A stretch of 64,000 bases of DNA, from assembly GCF_018977255.1 (NCBI RefSeq), contig NW_024704746.1:60078001-60142000 (forward strand), written 5' to 3'. The notes beneath the pieces were generated by a model. That model was not told where the DNA came from, ran no database searches, and worked only from the letters and a program-made list of their open reading frames with translations. The DNA is from Callorhinchus milii. Taxonomy: Eukaryota. How positions within the stretch are numbered: position 1 is the stretch's first letter; each line of letters starts with the position of its first letter. Made by a program: the position numbers and the translations under genes. Of the stretch, positions 1 through 14,365 are shown in pieces.

Positions 1-494
1 TTTTGTTGCTGTTGTTGTTGGCCATGAATGGGATATTCCCTCATGTGGCATGTTGCCAAAGGTACAAAATATACGGTCAATTCACTTTACATTATATTCT
101 GTGAAGCACTTTGAGACATCTCAATGACATGATAAGGCGCTATATCAAATGCAAGGATTGTTATTATTATTATGTATAATAGAATTTTTACCTCCATAAA
201 GATATAATGGAATAGGGGCCGGTCAGCTCCAAAAACATACGTTTTACATATTTACAATACAATGCAAATTTACATTCATAAAGCACCTTTCACATCGGGA
301 CATGCTTAACCATACTGGCTTTGTACATCTTTGAAAGGGACCGTCTAAAAAATTGGATTAAAAGGTGAGATGTCAACATTAGCCAGGTACAATGTAATGC
401 AATTGATAAGTTATTTAAAATATTTATTTTACAGAGCACCTTTGACAGGTTTTTAAAAAAAACTACAACAGTGACTTTTCTCTCTGTTACACAG

Positions 495-1937
495 AGGAGT
501 CGATATACTGTTACACGCCGAACAATTTCACCCGTGACCAAGCTCTGTATGCCAGAGGGTACTGTTGGACGGAGTTGAAAGACGCTATCTCGGGTGTCGA
601 TCCCAGTCAGTGGCCATCCCTGTTTGAGCACAAGTTTCTCCCTTATGCATTACTCGCCTTTGGTGGTGTCATGTACGTTCCTGTCCTCGGCTGGGAATTC
701 TTAGCCTCTACCAGGCTGACTTCAGAACTGAATTTTCTGCTCCAGGAAATAGATAACTGTTACCATCGAGCCGCTGAAGGTCGTGCCCCTAAGATCGAGA
801 AGCAGATCCAGTCGAAAGGACCAGGCATTACAGAGAAGGAGAAGAGGGAGATCATAGAGAATGCAGAGAAAGAAAAGAGTCCAGAGCAGAATCTTTTTGA
901 GAAATACCTAGAGCGTCGAGGGCAGAGTAATTTTTTGGCCAGGCTTTACCTGGGAAGACAATTATCTGTTGTGTTTTTAAGCATAGTTCCAATTTCCTAT
1001 CTATGCACTTACTATGCAACTCAAAAGCAGAACGAGTTCACCTGCCCTTTGGGGGAACCTCCGGATATGTCAAGTGGTCAAAGGCAGCACGTCAGTGTCA
1101 AGTGCAAACTGCCATCTGTGCAGATGCAGCGCATTATCGTCATAGTAGACATCACTCTGCTGAGCTTCATAAACCTCATCATCTTGATAAATCTAGTCCA
1201 TCTTTTTATAGTCAGGAAATCTAACTTTATTTTTGATAAGCTGCATAAAGTGGGCATCAAGACTAAAAAACAGTGGCAAAAGTCGCAGTTTTGTGACATT
1301 AACATTTTAGCTTTGTTTTGCAATGAAAACCGCGACCATATCAAATCACTAAACAGGTTAGATTTCATCACAAATGAAAGTGATCTGATGTACGACAATG
1401 TGGTGAGGCAATTGTTGGCGGCCTTGGCCCAGTCTAACCATGACTCTACCCCGACCATGCATGATGCAGGGATCCAGACAGTTGATCCCAGTGCTGATCC
1501 AGCAGAACTTGATGCCAACGAGCAGCTGGTTATAAAGAGACCCAGGAAGAAAATGAAATGGATTTCAACCACACACCCACTCCACCAGCCATTCAAAGAC
1601 CCCCCAACCCTCACCAAGGTTGAGAATCACAAGGAAAAGCTGAAGCCGGTTAGACGCAAGACGGTGACTGACAGTCTTGCGGCTCCTCTCCTCGATTCTG
1701 GTTCCAAATGTCCCCAGGATTCATCTTCCAGCAAAAATGAAGGCTACCCTGCAGCTAACAGTGAGAAGAAACACAGTCGGCACTTTTCCTTAGACGTTCA
1801 CCCATACCTCCTTAGCACCAAAAAGCCCAAACCTGAAAATCAAGAGAGTTGCATCGTTCCTGCTTCTAAGAGTCAAGCGACGGACTTCCTGCACCCAGAG
1901 GAGCATGTGTTGCCACACGTACCATCTCCAATGAAAG
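495..1937 (+). CDS. PANX2: Pannexin-2, large second coding exon (EL1 to most of the C-terminal tail)
   Basis: Acceptor tctctgttacacAG|495. The frame reads EESIYCYTPNNFTRDQALYARGYCWTELKDA...FEHKFLPYALL...QEIDNCYHRAAEGRAPKIEKQIQSKGP...FCDINIL...RHFSLDVHPY, near-identical to human PANX2. Donor ATGAAAG|GTAAAG at 1937/1938 (phase 1, equivalent to human PIK|D). Exon 1 lies upstream of the window. Confidence 0.97.
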
Positions 1938-3239
1938 GTAAAGTGTGGGTTAAGTAAATAATAATAATTATCACAATAATAACCAAAGTAAAGAAGTAGA
2001 TTAATGGGGAATAATGCTTAATATATAATTGTAATTATTCATTCTACAGTACTTGCTTACTGCTGTACAATTCATTCCAAATGTTTTACAATGAGCACCA
2101 CTTTTCTAAAATTTCCCCACAGTGAAAACAGTGCACTTTTTTAATGCACTCTTCCGAGTACTATAAATATTTCATTAATGTGATGTCTTTAAAAATACAT
2201 ATAGCCCATTTACTTTGAAATAAGTTTCACAATATTATCCACTGTGGTATGAATATCCTTTCCTTTACTCTCAAGCCAATATGATGTTAGATCTGTATTA
2301 TTTGTGTATGGGAGAACTTTTAAACTTCATTGGTGCATAAAAGAATTATCACCAGTATCAAAATCACAGGTTGTGGTTCCATTATTAAGCAGCGTCAACT
2401 TTCTAATAGAAACAATAAGACATGGGACAAATGGTATGTTAGGGAATGGAAAAGAGCCATTGAAAAGAGAATTGTACCATTTCATTGCATCTATGAGTCT
2501 AGGATCTATGAGTCCAATTTAACCAAATTGTTCTCCAATGAGGTTTTCACACCATATTTTCAGTCGATTGACAAGGCATTGATCTTATTTCTGATAATTC
2601 TGCAGCATCAGTTTTTATTTTATTAGGTTTTTGGGTGATCATTGAAAATCATTGAAAGTACAGCATAGGAGGAGGCCATTCAGCCTAACATCTTGATAGT
2701 TACTAATAGGTTGGTCTCTGCCTCAATAGTTGTTTATAGCAAAGATTCTATATTCTGATCACCCCCTCCCCCCATGTCCCCAACCCACCCCACACCCCCC
2801 TAAAAAAAGTTTCTTCTAACCTTCCTATTAACTCTTCCAATGTCAAGCATAAACTCTCTTGTTACCCATTTTTCAAGTTGCAGGAATAATCTTCAAATGC
2901 CAAGTTGTATTCCCTATACTTTGTTTTGCTCCTTTAACCCATCCTCCCAATAAGGACAGACGTGTGACGTGTTCCAAGGTTGCTGACATGGAACTTCTTT
3001 GATGAAATATCAAGTGGTGCGTGAACTTAGGGTGATTGATTTCCCAATTTTCCTTTCCTCGGATGAGTCAGTAACTCACTCTATGGAAAACCATGGGAGA
3101 GATTTCTTGTTCCAAAACCTAGTGGCACAGCATGTGGGTATGTCAGTCGACAGTACCACCAGTTAAGAAAGAAACGAAGGAAGGAAAATAAAGAATTGTG
3201 CCCCTCAGCCAACAATCTGTCCCATTTGTCCCATCTGTC

Positions 3240-3500
3240 CCAATCTGTCACCTTCTATTGTCCAATGTCAAGCTAATTTTCAAAATCCTTGGCTGGCCTG
3301 GGTTACTTTCAGGAACCTTAATTTTGAAAATCGTTACCTGAATATTGTTACCAAATAGCTTCTGAAATTCCCAAATGATTGTATTCACTGGCTATTTCCC
3401 ATTTCCTGCTTAAATTACCTTCTTGAAGAATTCCAGCAGATTGTTTATTGCATAACTTCTTTCCGAAACCATGAAACTGGAGATCACTAATGCTACTGAA
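3240..3500 (-). mobile_element. Decayed CR1-type RT fragment in the PANX2 intron
   Basis: Minus strand HGF.K...NNLLEFF and a DF.K.ALD-like remnant. Confidence 0.5.
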
Positions 3501-4384
3501 ATTAGGAACATCGCTACCAGACAGGACAACATTTTAATTTGACTTACATGAGGTCGTATTTTTGGTTTGTAGAAAAGCTCTCAAATATTTGCAAAGATTG
3601 TGGCTATTATTGACATTGAAGTACTGATTCACAATTCCACAATATCTCCTTATAGCTCAATAAGGTAAATCCTGAAAGTATCCTTGTGGTTACTCTAATG
3701 CTCCCATACCATATTTGAGCTGTAACATTTGCAACATCAGCTGATGATAGGCTCAAGAGCAAAAGTTAGAAGCTCAGAGAGAATTCTATGGTTCATTACT
3801 TGGGACAGTCCTGGAAGATAAGAGCAAGCTCAGACAGAAATGTTCAGTATCAATTAAATCTTATTGTGTACATCCTCATCCTGAATATTCCTGGTTGGGA
3901 TTCACCCTCATCTCTAGCTAAGAATATTAGGATGCTGGTGTAGGAATTACAGTGTTGGCTGGTTCTCTTGTAACTGGAATCCATAGAGCTGCAGCTTGAA
4001 ATGGGAGATCTCCAACGCGTTGAATCTGAGAACGTCTCCAACCAGACTGGTCACATTTTAACTTTCCTGATACAGGATAGTACATTATATTGCTTGCCTG
4101 GTCCCTTCATTAATTTAGTATGTTTCCTCAGTGACCCTTGTCATTTAGATACCTAAACGAAAAGTTTCATACTTTCAGGTTTGATCTGATTATAGTTCAA
4201 TAAATGCCCGGGGTGCTTACTATCTCTGGGTTTGTCGTTTACGAGTAACTAAGGACTAAATATGTAGTTGCACACTTAATAATAACCTGCAAACTTCGCC
4301 TAAGTTTTAGAAAATGTGAATAATTGCCCCAAATATTTTTTTTATTTGTTGCCATTTGAACTCTTAACCAGTTATTTCTCATAG

Positions 4385-4773
4385 ATAGTAATCTGTCTGA
4401 AGGAGGTGCTACAAGCAATATTAAACATTCATCAGAGAGCTGCCTAACCCTGCCTGTCAGTGGACTTTATGCCGCCAGCAGTACTAATTTGCCTGCAGTA
4501 GCAGTTGCATCCGATCTACTTATAGAGAATGGTTTCTCTGAAGCAAAACCCCAGTTCAACCATGACAATGCTCATCCACAAATCAACATCCAAAACATTC
4601 AGACACTCTATGAAGACCATGAGGAAAAGGAGTTTTCCTCCAACTTGTTAAACCCGAAACTCATTTCCTCTACCGATGCAGAGGATCTATCTTCACATCC
4701 ACGATCACCAGAGAAGAGGCTGCTGGCAACATTTGAAGACCCTATAGTAATGATTAGCACTATAGAGTGTTAG
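4385..4773 (+). CDS. PANX2: Pannexin-2, terminal coding exon
   Basis: Acceptor ttatttctcatAG|4385, phase 1 compatible with the exon ending at 1937. Reads DSNLSEGG...IQTLYEDHEE...LLATFEDPIVMISTIEC*, matching the human C-terminus INTLYEAREE...LIATFDEPRTVVSTVEF*. TAG at 4771-4773. Confidence 0.92.
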
Positions 4774-7700
4774 CTAATTAGATATGCATTAGCACTAGTC
4801 CTGGCACATGGCTGATATTGTATTCAAGGAAGATGACATTGGCACAGTTCGCAACCTCTCCGTTCCTTTAGGTAAGAAATATAGAAAGTAAATAATATGT
4901 GACGCAGTTATGATCAGATTTCAAAATGATCAATGAGAATGTTTTCCTTTTTTCAAAATGGATACACCGTTAAACTTAACCAACAGTGCAAGACCCCACA
5001 AAATTTTAAGTACTTAAGTTTTACTACTGTAACTAATGTAATGTAACAAGACTACTGCCTACATAATGCAATAGAGCCTCAACTGACCAATTGGAGTTTA
5101 CACTCAGAAAGCTGATAGGACTATAACTAGCAAAGACTTGGTATCAAGGTTACACAAACAGACCGATTGCTGCTGTTGAATGGATATTTATCACAAGAAG
5201 TCGAATGAAGCATATACACAGGTTCTTTGTTGTATAGATTCAACCTAAAAAAGAACCAAATAAACATTTACACCTTTTCTTTTTTACATAGGGGGAAATG
5301 TGACTTATGACGTAATAATAATAATAGTAATATTAATCCTTGCATTTAATATAGCGCCTTATCACCTCTTTGAGACATCTCAAAGTGCTTCACAGAATAT
5401 ACTGTAAAGTGAATTGACTGTATATTTTGTGGGCAAAATTGTATTATACAATACAAATTTAGTTATTACTTGTAAAGCGCCTTTCATGTTAGGTGGCACA
5501 TCATACGTTACATTCACCCTATATCTTCTAATCATTAATCTCTACATTATCAGGAAAGCAACAAATATAGCACAAAATGCAATAAACAGTAACAAGAACA
5601 AACAAACCTCCAAAGCAATTCAACCAACTCTTCTTTAACGATTTTTACACCTTAGCTCTCATTCTTCGATGTTTTTCAGAAGACAGTAGAATAGCTGTAC
5701 ATTTTGTATTCCACTTCTTATGAAAGATAAGTACATCTGCTATGTCAGCAAAATAAAGTATAGCAATAATATGTAAATATTACTAGGTCCTGCTCAGCAC
5801 CACTGAGATAAAATAAACTTCATGTTCACTGTCTGATACACAAGAACGATTTAGCAAACACGCCTTTGACTAAGCTGAAGCATTCTTAAGATTTAAGGAA
5901 ATCATCAAATACAGCAATTGATATCTTATTGCTGTTATACATTGGCACTTTACTAACTAATTATGGTTAAACACTGTGTAGAAGCTTTTAAGTGGATGGT
6001 GGTGCACTAGACTGCAGCATTAAAGTCTTAACATTTCAGCTGGTATTACAATATTTTTTAACACCGATCATATTTCCTTTTCTCCTCTGGTTATCCATCC
6101 TGGGTCCGCTTCGTATGAAGAAATAATTCATGTTAAATTGTGTCATCATAAGTCGCAGTGGCTCTCCAGTACTTTGCCTAGTAGTATCTCTTCACTCCTG
6201 GTGCTAAACAAGGAGCTTTTCAGTGATATTGTAACTGAGCCTGACTCAGCCCTTGCCCAGCTATCACACTTATACATTTCCAACAGGTCCCGCTAGTGAG
6301 CAAACAAGACCAGGAACCTTGGAATGCAGAGTCTATTGCAAGGCTGAGCTTGGGCAATTCAGCACAGAACTGAATGTCATCAGGCATCTTCCCAGTTCAT
6401 ATGGCTCAGTGCTGAACTAAACCATTTGTAATCAGAGGACAATTTGCTCACTGAACCATTTGGGAGAAAAGGGCTATATTATTAGTTTGTTTTGTTTTGC
6501 TCGTATCAGTTATGAACATATGTTGGCCTCATTTGGTCATAAATGCCTATTAAATGATTGTCTATGCTATACGTCAAATTTAATAGTTTAATATGAAATA
6601 TTAAATTGTTGGGACAATAGTTCTCCAGAGAACTATTTTGCATAGAAAATGTGCTTCACGAAAGATAATGTAAGGAGAAAACATTGGAAGGAAGCTATGC
6701 AAATATTTTATAACTTCCTCACAGTTAGCAATGAATCAAATAACATAATTCAATAAGTCTTAATAAGTGTCCTTTATTATCTCTGCAAACCCTTTAATAA
6801 GTAGCCTTATTCAAGCGATAGCAACACAATAGTTAAACGTCACCATTTTCCTGAAAAAAGTGTCCAAGCAAAATGTTTGTTTGATTACAAAGCGCAATAG
6901 AGTTCTGTAAATTGTAATACAGTGAAATAAATGTGTCACTTAAATATGAGGTCATCCTTGTGAGAACAAAGCTTGATTTTGTGGTTCTTTTCTCAAGCAG
7001 GAACAGGTTTACCAAATAATTAACTTTAGCTTTTGAGTTGTCACGCTTCATTTGTCACAAATATTCTGGAAACAACGAAGTGATATTTACTTGTCATTAA
7101 GCGTAGCAACATTGACAATGTGTCTTTATAAATAGAATTTAACCACTTACGAATGCACTTTCTCAAAGTAACCAAAATTAATGACGAGCAGAATATTTTG
7201 TCTAATGTCCCTAGATTAGTTAACTAGTCAGAAGAAGGAATAAGTGAAATAAATCTATAATTCTAAGAGCGCAAATACTGGAGAATTCATAAATTGACAA
7301 ACCTGCCTAACAGGAGGATTCAGTCTACTTCAGGCAAGAATGCACACAAGACTTGCCAAATATCCTTACAAGATTAATTGCCATGGACAGTGTCTCTCTA
7401 CAAACACAGATGAGGACATTGTCTAAGACACAATATTAATTCATGTGTTCTGGAAATAACATGCATTTAAATGGTAAATTCCTGTTAATGCGCACCAGGA
7501 GAAAACATGTTTACCTGTCATTTTTTGTAAGGCTGCATCACGTTACAAAGATATACTGAATGATAAAATGGAGAGTGAAAAAAATAAGAATCAAATTCAG
7601 GGCTGACACAAACTGCAGGTCCTCTGTATCTTTACAGTCACAAGGGAAGCAATATTTCCTGTAAAATTGATTTCACTTCAGATATGCTGATATCAGGTTT

Positions 7701-8904
7701 TTACCCAACAATTTGTGTATTTGTTTCTTTCTAAATTGATGTCTCTTGTCAACAGCACTGTCGTATTACTAAAAATAATCCTGTCTCTGGTGGAACTTTT
7801 TTTTGTTTTGTCTTTTGCAAACGGAAGCAATTTCATAGTGAGGGTGTTCTACAGATCTCATTTTTTTCTGGGCATTCATTTGAACGTCTGCAATGAAATG
7901 TTAATGGACGATCTCTGTATTCCAGATGAAGTGCTCTGCAGGAATGACGTAGTTAAAGACGTGATCAGTCACTGGTGGGAAGTACATTGGAGGGTTTCAT
8001 TTCCTATGCATAGTGCAGCAGAGCTGGTTCAACTCAGCCTCCACACAGTTTGTGCAACTACTGCAGTTTTGTCCTGCATCCTCCTCGGTATTAATCAACC
8101 AGCACCAGAATCATTTTGATTTGCATCTATCCATAATTTCAGCAATATTTTTAGTTTAAAAAATGCATAAATCGACAATGCAAGACAGTGCATCACATAT
8201 TCTTATTTTGCTCCACAAATTATTTGTTAGCATCAAATAAATTGTCTAGACGTCAGATATAGGTTAGCTTTTGCATCTGAGCAATCTTTCCACTTTATAA
8301 AGCTGGTCACATCCGTCAATTTGTCTTTTAAAACTAAATTCCAGAAAACGACAATCAACACAGAGGGATGGAATATTCTGTATTCTTAATAAAGAATCCC
8401 TTTAGATTTCCCATCAACGTGTGGGAACTCTAGTGCGGAAATACTTTGCCTTGGCCTGATGTCGTTCTGGTTACTGGAATGAGACCTCATTTATGCAACT
8501 CAGATTACTTATTGAGCAATCCCATTGAGAAATACTACACCACAAATTGAACCCCGCTGACACCCCTTTGTAAAAGCAATATGCATACAGAGGGTAAGCC
8601 AGCTATGGAGGTTCTTGAGAATAGCGAGGGGTTGTGGTATCCATTTTATTTAAGGTACAAGAGAATTAACTATAAAGTCACCGTGCTGTTTTTGCTGTGC
8701 AGAACCATGATTTAGTGTAGGTCTCTAATAGTAGGTTGTGGTAGAATGGACCAATTAGTTTCAGAATCCACAAAGGTCTACAACAAAAAATGAGCAACAC
8801 AAATGAGAAATTGGTGCAGAGATTCTGGAGAGGTGGATAGATATGTGGTGTAAAAATATACTAAGGTAAATATGGTAGAGAGATAGAGAGGTGGGATTAA
8901 GGGA

Positions 8905-9810
8905 GGATATGCTATATAAACTATGGAGAGGTTTGTGGTGGTGCAGATTCAATGGGCCAAATGGTCTTCAACTGTTTCCAATTTCCTATATTCTGAGACT
9001 TCTCTCATTGAAGCTGAAATTGTTCCCCATTAGCTCAACCCCCTGATGATACAATACAAAATTACATTTCTATAACGCCTTTCACTTTGGGAGGACATCC
9101 CAACTTAAATTCTATCCTCTCCACAGAGAACACGTGCCTCCCACTTTACTTCCCGTACTCAGTGACTTGCACTTACCTATATTGTACGTCTGTATTGAAC
9201 TGCCAGGAATTAGTTAATACTTGTAAAGCTCTCTTAGTAAGATCTTGGCTGCCTCTTTGGATTCCATGGCTTGGTACCATTTGCAAATTAAACCACTTTG
9301 CATTATGACTAGCAATCCAGGTCATAAATATATAAAGAAACAAGAGGGGTTCAAGTACGAATCCCTGAAATACCCAATACCCAACTCAATACTTCCCCTA
9401 TTTTGACCTTGATATGTTTCTGACTACCTTTTGCTTCCCTTCATTTAGGTAGTTTCCAATGTGTGTCCATTTCTTACCCCTGGTAATCAATGAGATCAGT
9501 TTGGAAAGGAGATTCTCAGCAGTCTTTTGTCAAAGATCTTTTGGAAGTCTAGACATTTTATAAAAGTAGTAATTTTATGTAATATACTTCAACATTTAAA
9601 TTGGGATGCCACCTCCACAAAAAAATCTACCAGGTTAGTCAGAAAAGATCTTCCCTTTCTGAAACTGAGTTTGTTGTGTTTTATTCGGTTACGTCATACA
9701 TATTCTTTCATCTTACCTCTAATGATTGAGTTATATTGGTTGAAATCTTCTCCCAAGGCCACCGAGCTTCTATTTGCTTTCATTCATTCATCCCCCACCT
9801 GATTTTCTGC
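8905..9810. repeat. Direct duplication copy 1 (~905 bp), containing a decayed minus-strand CR1-type RT fragment
   Basis: Near-identical to 11709-12615. The minus strand shows degraded CR1-like RT motifs (xLDFQKxFDK, QGxVLxPLLFxxYI). Confidence 0.9.
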
Positions 9811-11708
9811 CTTAAACAGGGTTGGGAGATTGACAGAACCATTGCCATGTCAAATCAGTTTTATACCTTTTGGTAAGCTACCAAAATGGACTGTGGTGCT
9901 GAGTTTGAGCTGATGGTAATCATTTTCTTAAAGGACATTGGAAGGTGAAAGGAAGAAAATAAGTGACAGGTTTAAAAGATACAAAAATTGAGGAGGGAAA
10001 TGTTTCCATAGGTTAAAAGAATAAGTTGATATAAAGAATATAGGGTAGAGAATAATGAACTGAATTTAGAACAGATGTGCAAGCACTTGGAATGTTTTAT
10101 TTTTACTTACAATAGTAAATTATGCATTTATGTTGGCGGTAGCTATTGACGTTTGAGTTGCTTCCTTTTCCGATATGAGTATCTGATCTGAAAACAGACA
10201 AAATCAGTCATCACAGAAAGAGTCACCACATACTCTGCTCCCTCTCTGATGTTTGCTGGAAACGGAAACAACATTGGTTCCAGTTGTACAACAATATAGA
10301 GCAAGAAGCCTGACTTGTACCTCTTAATCCTCAACACACGGAGAGGAGCTGTTAAGAAAATTGATCACATACGCTAAACTGCACCACTACATTTGTTTCT
10401 AAGCCACTCTTTGCTAATGGGACAAGGAGCAGAGTGTGTAGATCTGGCTTTGTGTTACTGAGTGCCATTGAGCTGATAACATTAAAGATGTTTTTTCCTT
10501 GAGAGTCTAAAATCTTGAAGGATCCATTTGGGAGCGGATCCAATTCACACCCACTGTGTGTTTATCCTGCTGTGGAATGGAAGAACTCGCAGAACTACCT
10601 CCTTAAAGTGGTCTTAGCAGCAGATTCTGTTAGTACTATTTTACTAAAGGGTAATATTTTGCAATGGACCATCCCACTGAGCACCACAGAGCTCAACTCA
10701 TCTTGATGATTTTAATCCTTGAGATCGTAGAAATTTGAAGCGAATCAAAGGATCGCAAGCCCACATATTGTAAAAGTAAAAGCTGCCATCAGCTCTGAAA
10801 GTCCTAGTTGAGAGTTTGGGAAATAACTGTACATTTAGTGTATTCTAGGTTAATGTTCACTGTTTGAAGCTGAAGCTAGTGCCTGACGTATGCTTTCCCC
10901 ACCTTAAGAGTGCTTACTGATGTGGCAGGAATTTAAAACCCAATGCGCAGACTACCATGCCTACTCAAATTAGGCAAGAAAACATTTAAATGGGGTGAGA
11001 TGCATCAAACTGTGTCAAGACAAAAGAGAGAAGTAGAGTAAATTAAAACAGTTAAGAGAAACAAAAGAGGAGGAAGAAAGTCAGCCACTTTAAATATCTC
11101 GCGTACATAATCTATATAGAAGCAGTGTGCATGGTAAACGGGAGAATCAGCTTTACGTCATAAGCTGCATGACTTGAGAAAACCTTTCTCTGCACTCATC
11201 GAGATGTTTCACTGTATGCCTAATATGCCAAACATCGTCACAGCAAGTAGAGTTTAAATTAAAAGATGCCACAAAACTTTGCCAATAGCTTGAGGGTCTG
11301 ATATCATAATAAAACTGTACACTTTATATCTGTATGTTTTATCCTACCTCTATTGATTCATAGTATCTATAACGATAGGAAATCTCTTGGTTTCCTGGCA
11401 TAAGGTTTCATATCTTAAAAAGGTGCACGTCCTCACTTACTGACACTGGACAATATATATTCTACAAATGTCATTGATGAATGTTGGATCACAAATGTAA
11501 TAGCATAATTTGAAAGCAAAGTATAATATAGATGTATGTATTAGATCTTTCCAAACTATGTATAACCACTTTGTCACAACGGAAAATAAAATATACTATA
11601 GCACAATATTTTATTAAAACCTTGAGCGATAATGATGCCTTTTAACTGAATAAAAATCTCAGAATTGAAATCCATTGTGGGTTCTTGTGGCTTTTTCTGG
11701 CGCATTTT

Positions 11709-12615
11709 GGATATGGTATATAAACTATGGAGAGGTTTGTGGTGGTGCAGATTCAATGGGCCAAATGGTCTTCAACTGTTTCCAATTTCCTATATTCTGA
11801 GACTTCTCTCATTGAAGCTGAAATTGTTCCCCATTAGCTCAACCCCCTGATGATACAATACAAAATTACATTTCTATAACGCCTTTCACTTTGGGAGGAC
11901 ATCCCAACTTAAATTCTATCCTCTCCACAGAGAACACGTGCCTCCCACTTTACTTCCCGTACTCAGTGACTTGCACTTACCTATATTGTACGTCTGTATT
12001 GAACTGCCAGGAATTAGTTAATACTCTGTAAAGCTCTCTTAGTAAGATCTTGGCTGCCTCTTTGGATTCCATGGCTTGGTACCATTTGCAAATTAAACCA
12101 CTTTGCATTATGACTAGCAATCCAGGTCATAAATATATAAAGAAACAAGAGGGGTTCAAGTACAAATCCCTGAAATACCCAATACCCAACTCAATACTTC
12201 CCCTATTTTGACCTTGATATGTTTCTGACTACCTTTTGCTTCCCTTCATTTAGGTAGTTTCCAATGTGTGTCCATTTCTTACCCCTGGTAATCAATGAGA
12301 TCAGTTTGGAAAGGAGATTCTCAGCAGTCTTTTGTCAAAGATCTTTCGGAATTCTAGACATTTTATAAAAGTAGTAATTTTATGTAATATACTTCAACAT
12401 TTAAATTGGGATGCCACCTCCACAAAAAAATCTACCAGGTTAGTCAGAAAAGATCTTTCCTTTCTGAAACTGAGTTTGTTGTGTTTTATTCGGTTACGTC
12501 ATACATATTCTTTCATCTTACCTCTAATGATTGAGTTATATTGGTTGAAATCTTCTCCCAAGGCCACCGAGCTTCTATTTGCTTTCATTCATTCATCCCC
12601 CACCTGATTTTCTGC
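11709..12615. repeat. Direct duplication copy 2
   Basis: Same sequence as 8905-9810 with only a handful of differences. Confidence 0.9.
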
Positions 12616-12989
12616 GTGGGATTCTGGCGTGGGATCTCTAACCTTAAAGGGCAGATTTGATCTCAGTTTAACATCTCATCGGAAGGACAGCATCTGAAAC
12701 ATGCAGTGCATCCCTAACACTACACCGAAGTGTCAGCCTAGACTGAGTTAAAAATCCTAAATCCTCATTCTTCATAATTCCTGGTAACCAGGACCTGCCT
12801 TGCCTTGCCAAGCCCCTCAATAATAATAATAATAATCCTTGCATTTGATATAGTGCCTTATCACATCGTCCAGACCTCTTAAATCACTTCACAGAATATA
12901 CTGTAAAGTGAATTGACTGTATATTTTGTGGGAAGCAGCAGAGGGGATCCCAGAATGGTTCTGTTTCATTCACGAGGGAGGTATGGATA

Positions 12990-13375
12990 AAGAAGACCCT
13001 TCAGCCCATCGATCTCACCGCTCCAAAAATCCAACTCTACTGTCATTACAGAATAAAGCCAGGCAGTTTCTTAAATGAGTCCAGTGTCCTGGTCTCTACC
13101 AGCCTTCCTGGCAATTTGCCACAATTCTTGATTACCATCTGGGTAAATAAATACTTTCTGGTATCTGTCTTTAACTTTCCCTTTGCAACCCAGAACCTCT
13201 GCACCTCGCCCTGTTGTCTTGACACATCTGTAAGTACGTCCTTCATTAAGAAACCTGATTGGGGACTCTCTCCAACAATTGGAAGTATTTCATATATACA
13301 ACACCAATTTGAGGGAACTCTGCTCTGAAAATAAATTACATTGAAGTAGCGATCCCCGGAACCAGTGTCGTTCCC
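12990..13375 (-). mobile_element. CR1-type LINE 3' fragment
   Basis: KLKTDTRKYLFTQMVI..CGKLP.RLVE...LDSFKK matches the CR1 ORF2 C-terminus pattern (R..FFTQRVV..WN.LP..VVEA..L..FK). Confidence 0.7.
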
Positions 13376-13819
13376 AAGAGCCAAATGACTCCTTCATTTT
13401 TTAATTAAGAAATCTGTTAAGAAATTTTGCTAAATTGACTCCACAACCGCGCGATATTTATTATAGTACACAACCAAGTTACAGCATCCATGAGTTCTGG
13501 ATACAGAACTCTCTGCCTGGGTTGCTTATCAGCAGCATAGTTTTTATTTGAATACATTAATGTCACCCCTGCAGAGTCTTTCTTATTGAAAGAGAGAATG
13601 CTCGGAAATGTCATTCTTCACGTTGTCAGTTCTCTGGAGTGGTGTTTCTTGGAGATTTAGCCCAAAGTGACAGTCAACAACAAACACAACAACAAATTGC
13701 ACTTAATAATAATAATCCTTGCAATTGATATAGCGCCTTATCACGTTTTTGAGATGGCTCAAAGCGCTTCACAGCATAAACTGTAAAGAGAATTGACAAT
13801 GAGCAAAAAGCCTGAGTAT

Positions 13820-14365
13820 TTACTTAGCACCTTTCAACATCAGGATGACATCCCAAAGTTTGCACCCGAGCTGGAGGTGGGATACAAGAGGTGTGAGGGC
13901 AAAAGGCGATGTAGATGGAAAGATGACCAAAGGCATGGTCACTGAGGAAGGTCTTGAGACAGGCATTGAAGGAGGCAAGGGAGGGAGCAAGGCAAAGGGA
14001 TTCAGGGATGAAGTTCCAGAGGGTGTGAGCAGAAAGGCTGAAGGCCTGACTGCCGATGGTGGGGCAGGCAGGGCGGGTGACATGTAGCAAGCCAGTTCCC
14101 GCTGAGCAGAAGGAGCGGGAAGGTTGGTAAGGTGTTAGTAAGTCATAGAGATATGAAGGAGCATGGCCGTGGAGGGCTTTGAAGTGTGGACGAGGACCTT
14201 AAACTCAATTCTCTGGGGGATGGAGAACCAGTGAAGTCAGGCGAGGATGGGGGTAATTGGCTCACGGAGCTTGGTGTGGGAGGGGACACGAGCTGCAGAG
14301 TTCTGAATAATCTGCAACCTGTGGAGGGAAGAGTTGGGAAGTTTAGAAAGCACAGAGTTAACATT
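13820..14365 (-). mobile_element. L2 LINE 3' fragment
   Basis: Minus-strand translation with L2 ORF2 C-terminal motifs (GSQAFS..A.TLWN..P, LKT.L). Confidence 0.75.

Noticed and set aside
1078-1617. 179-aa antisense ORF
   Set aside because: Antisense shadow of the PANX2 exon.
575-1957. ORF-track 460-aa ORF taken as a complete protein
   Set aside because: It is an internal PANX2 exon. The true boundaries are the splice sites at 495 and 1937, and the TTG start and VWVK* end are artefacts.
7715-8119. 134-aa plus-strand ORF and other short ORFs in 5-21 kb and 52-64 kb
   Set aside because: No domain signatures or splice context; many derive from SINE or LINE sequence.
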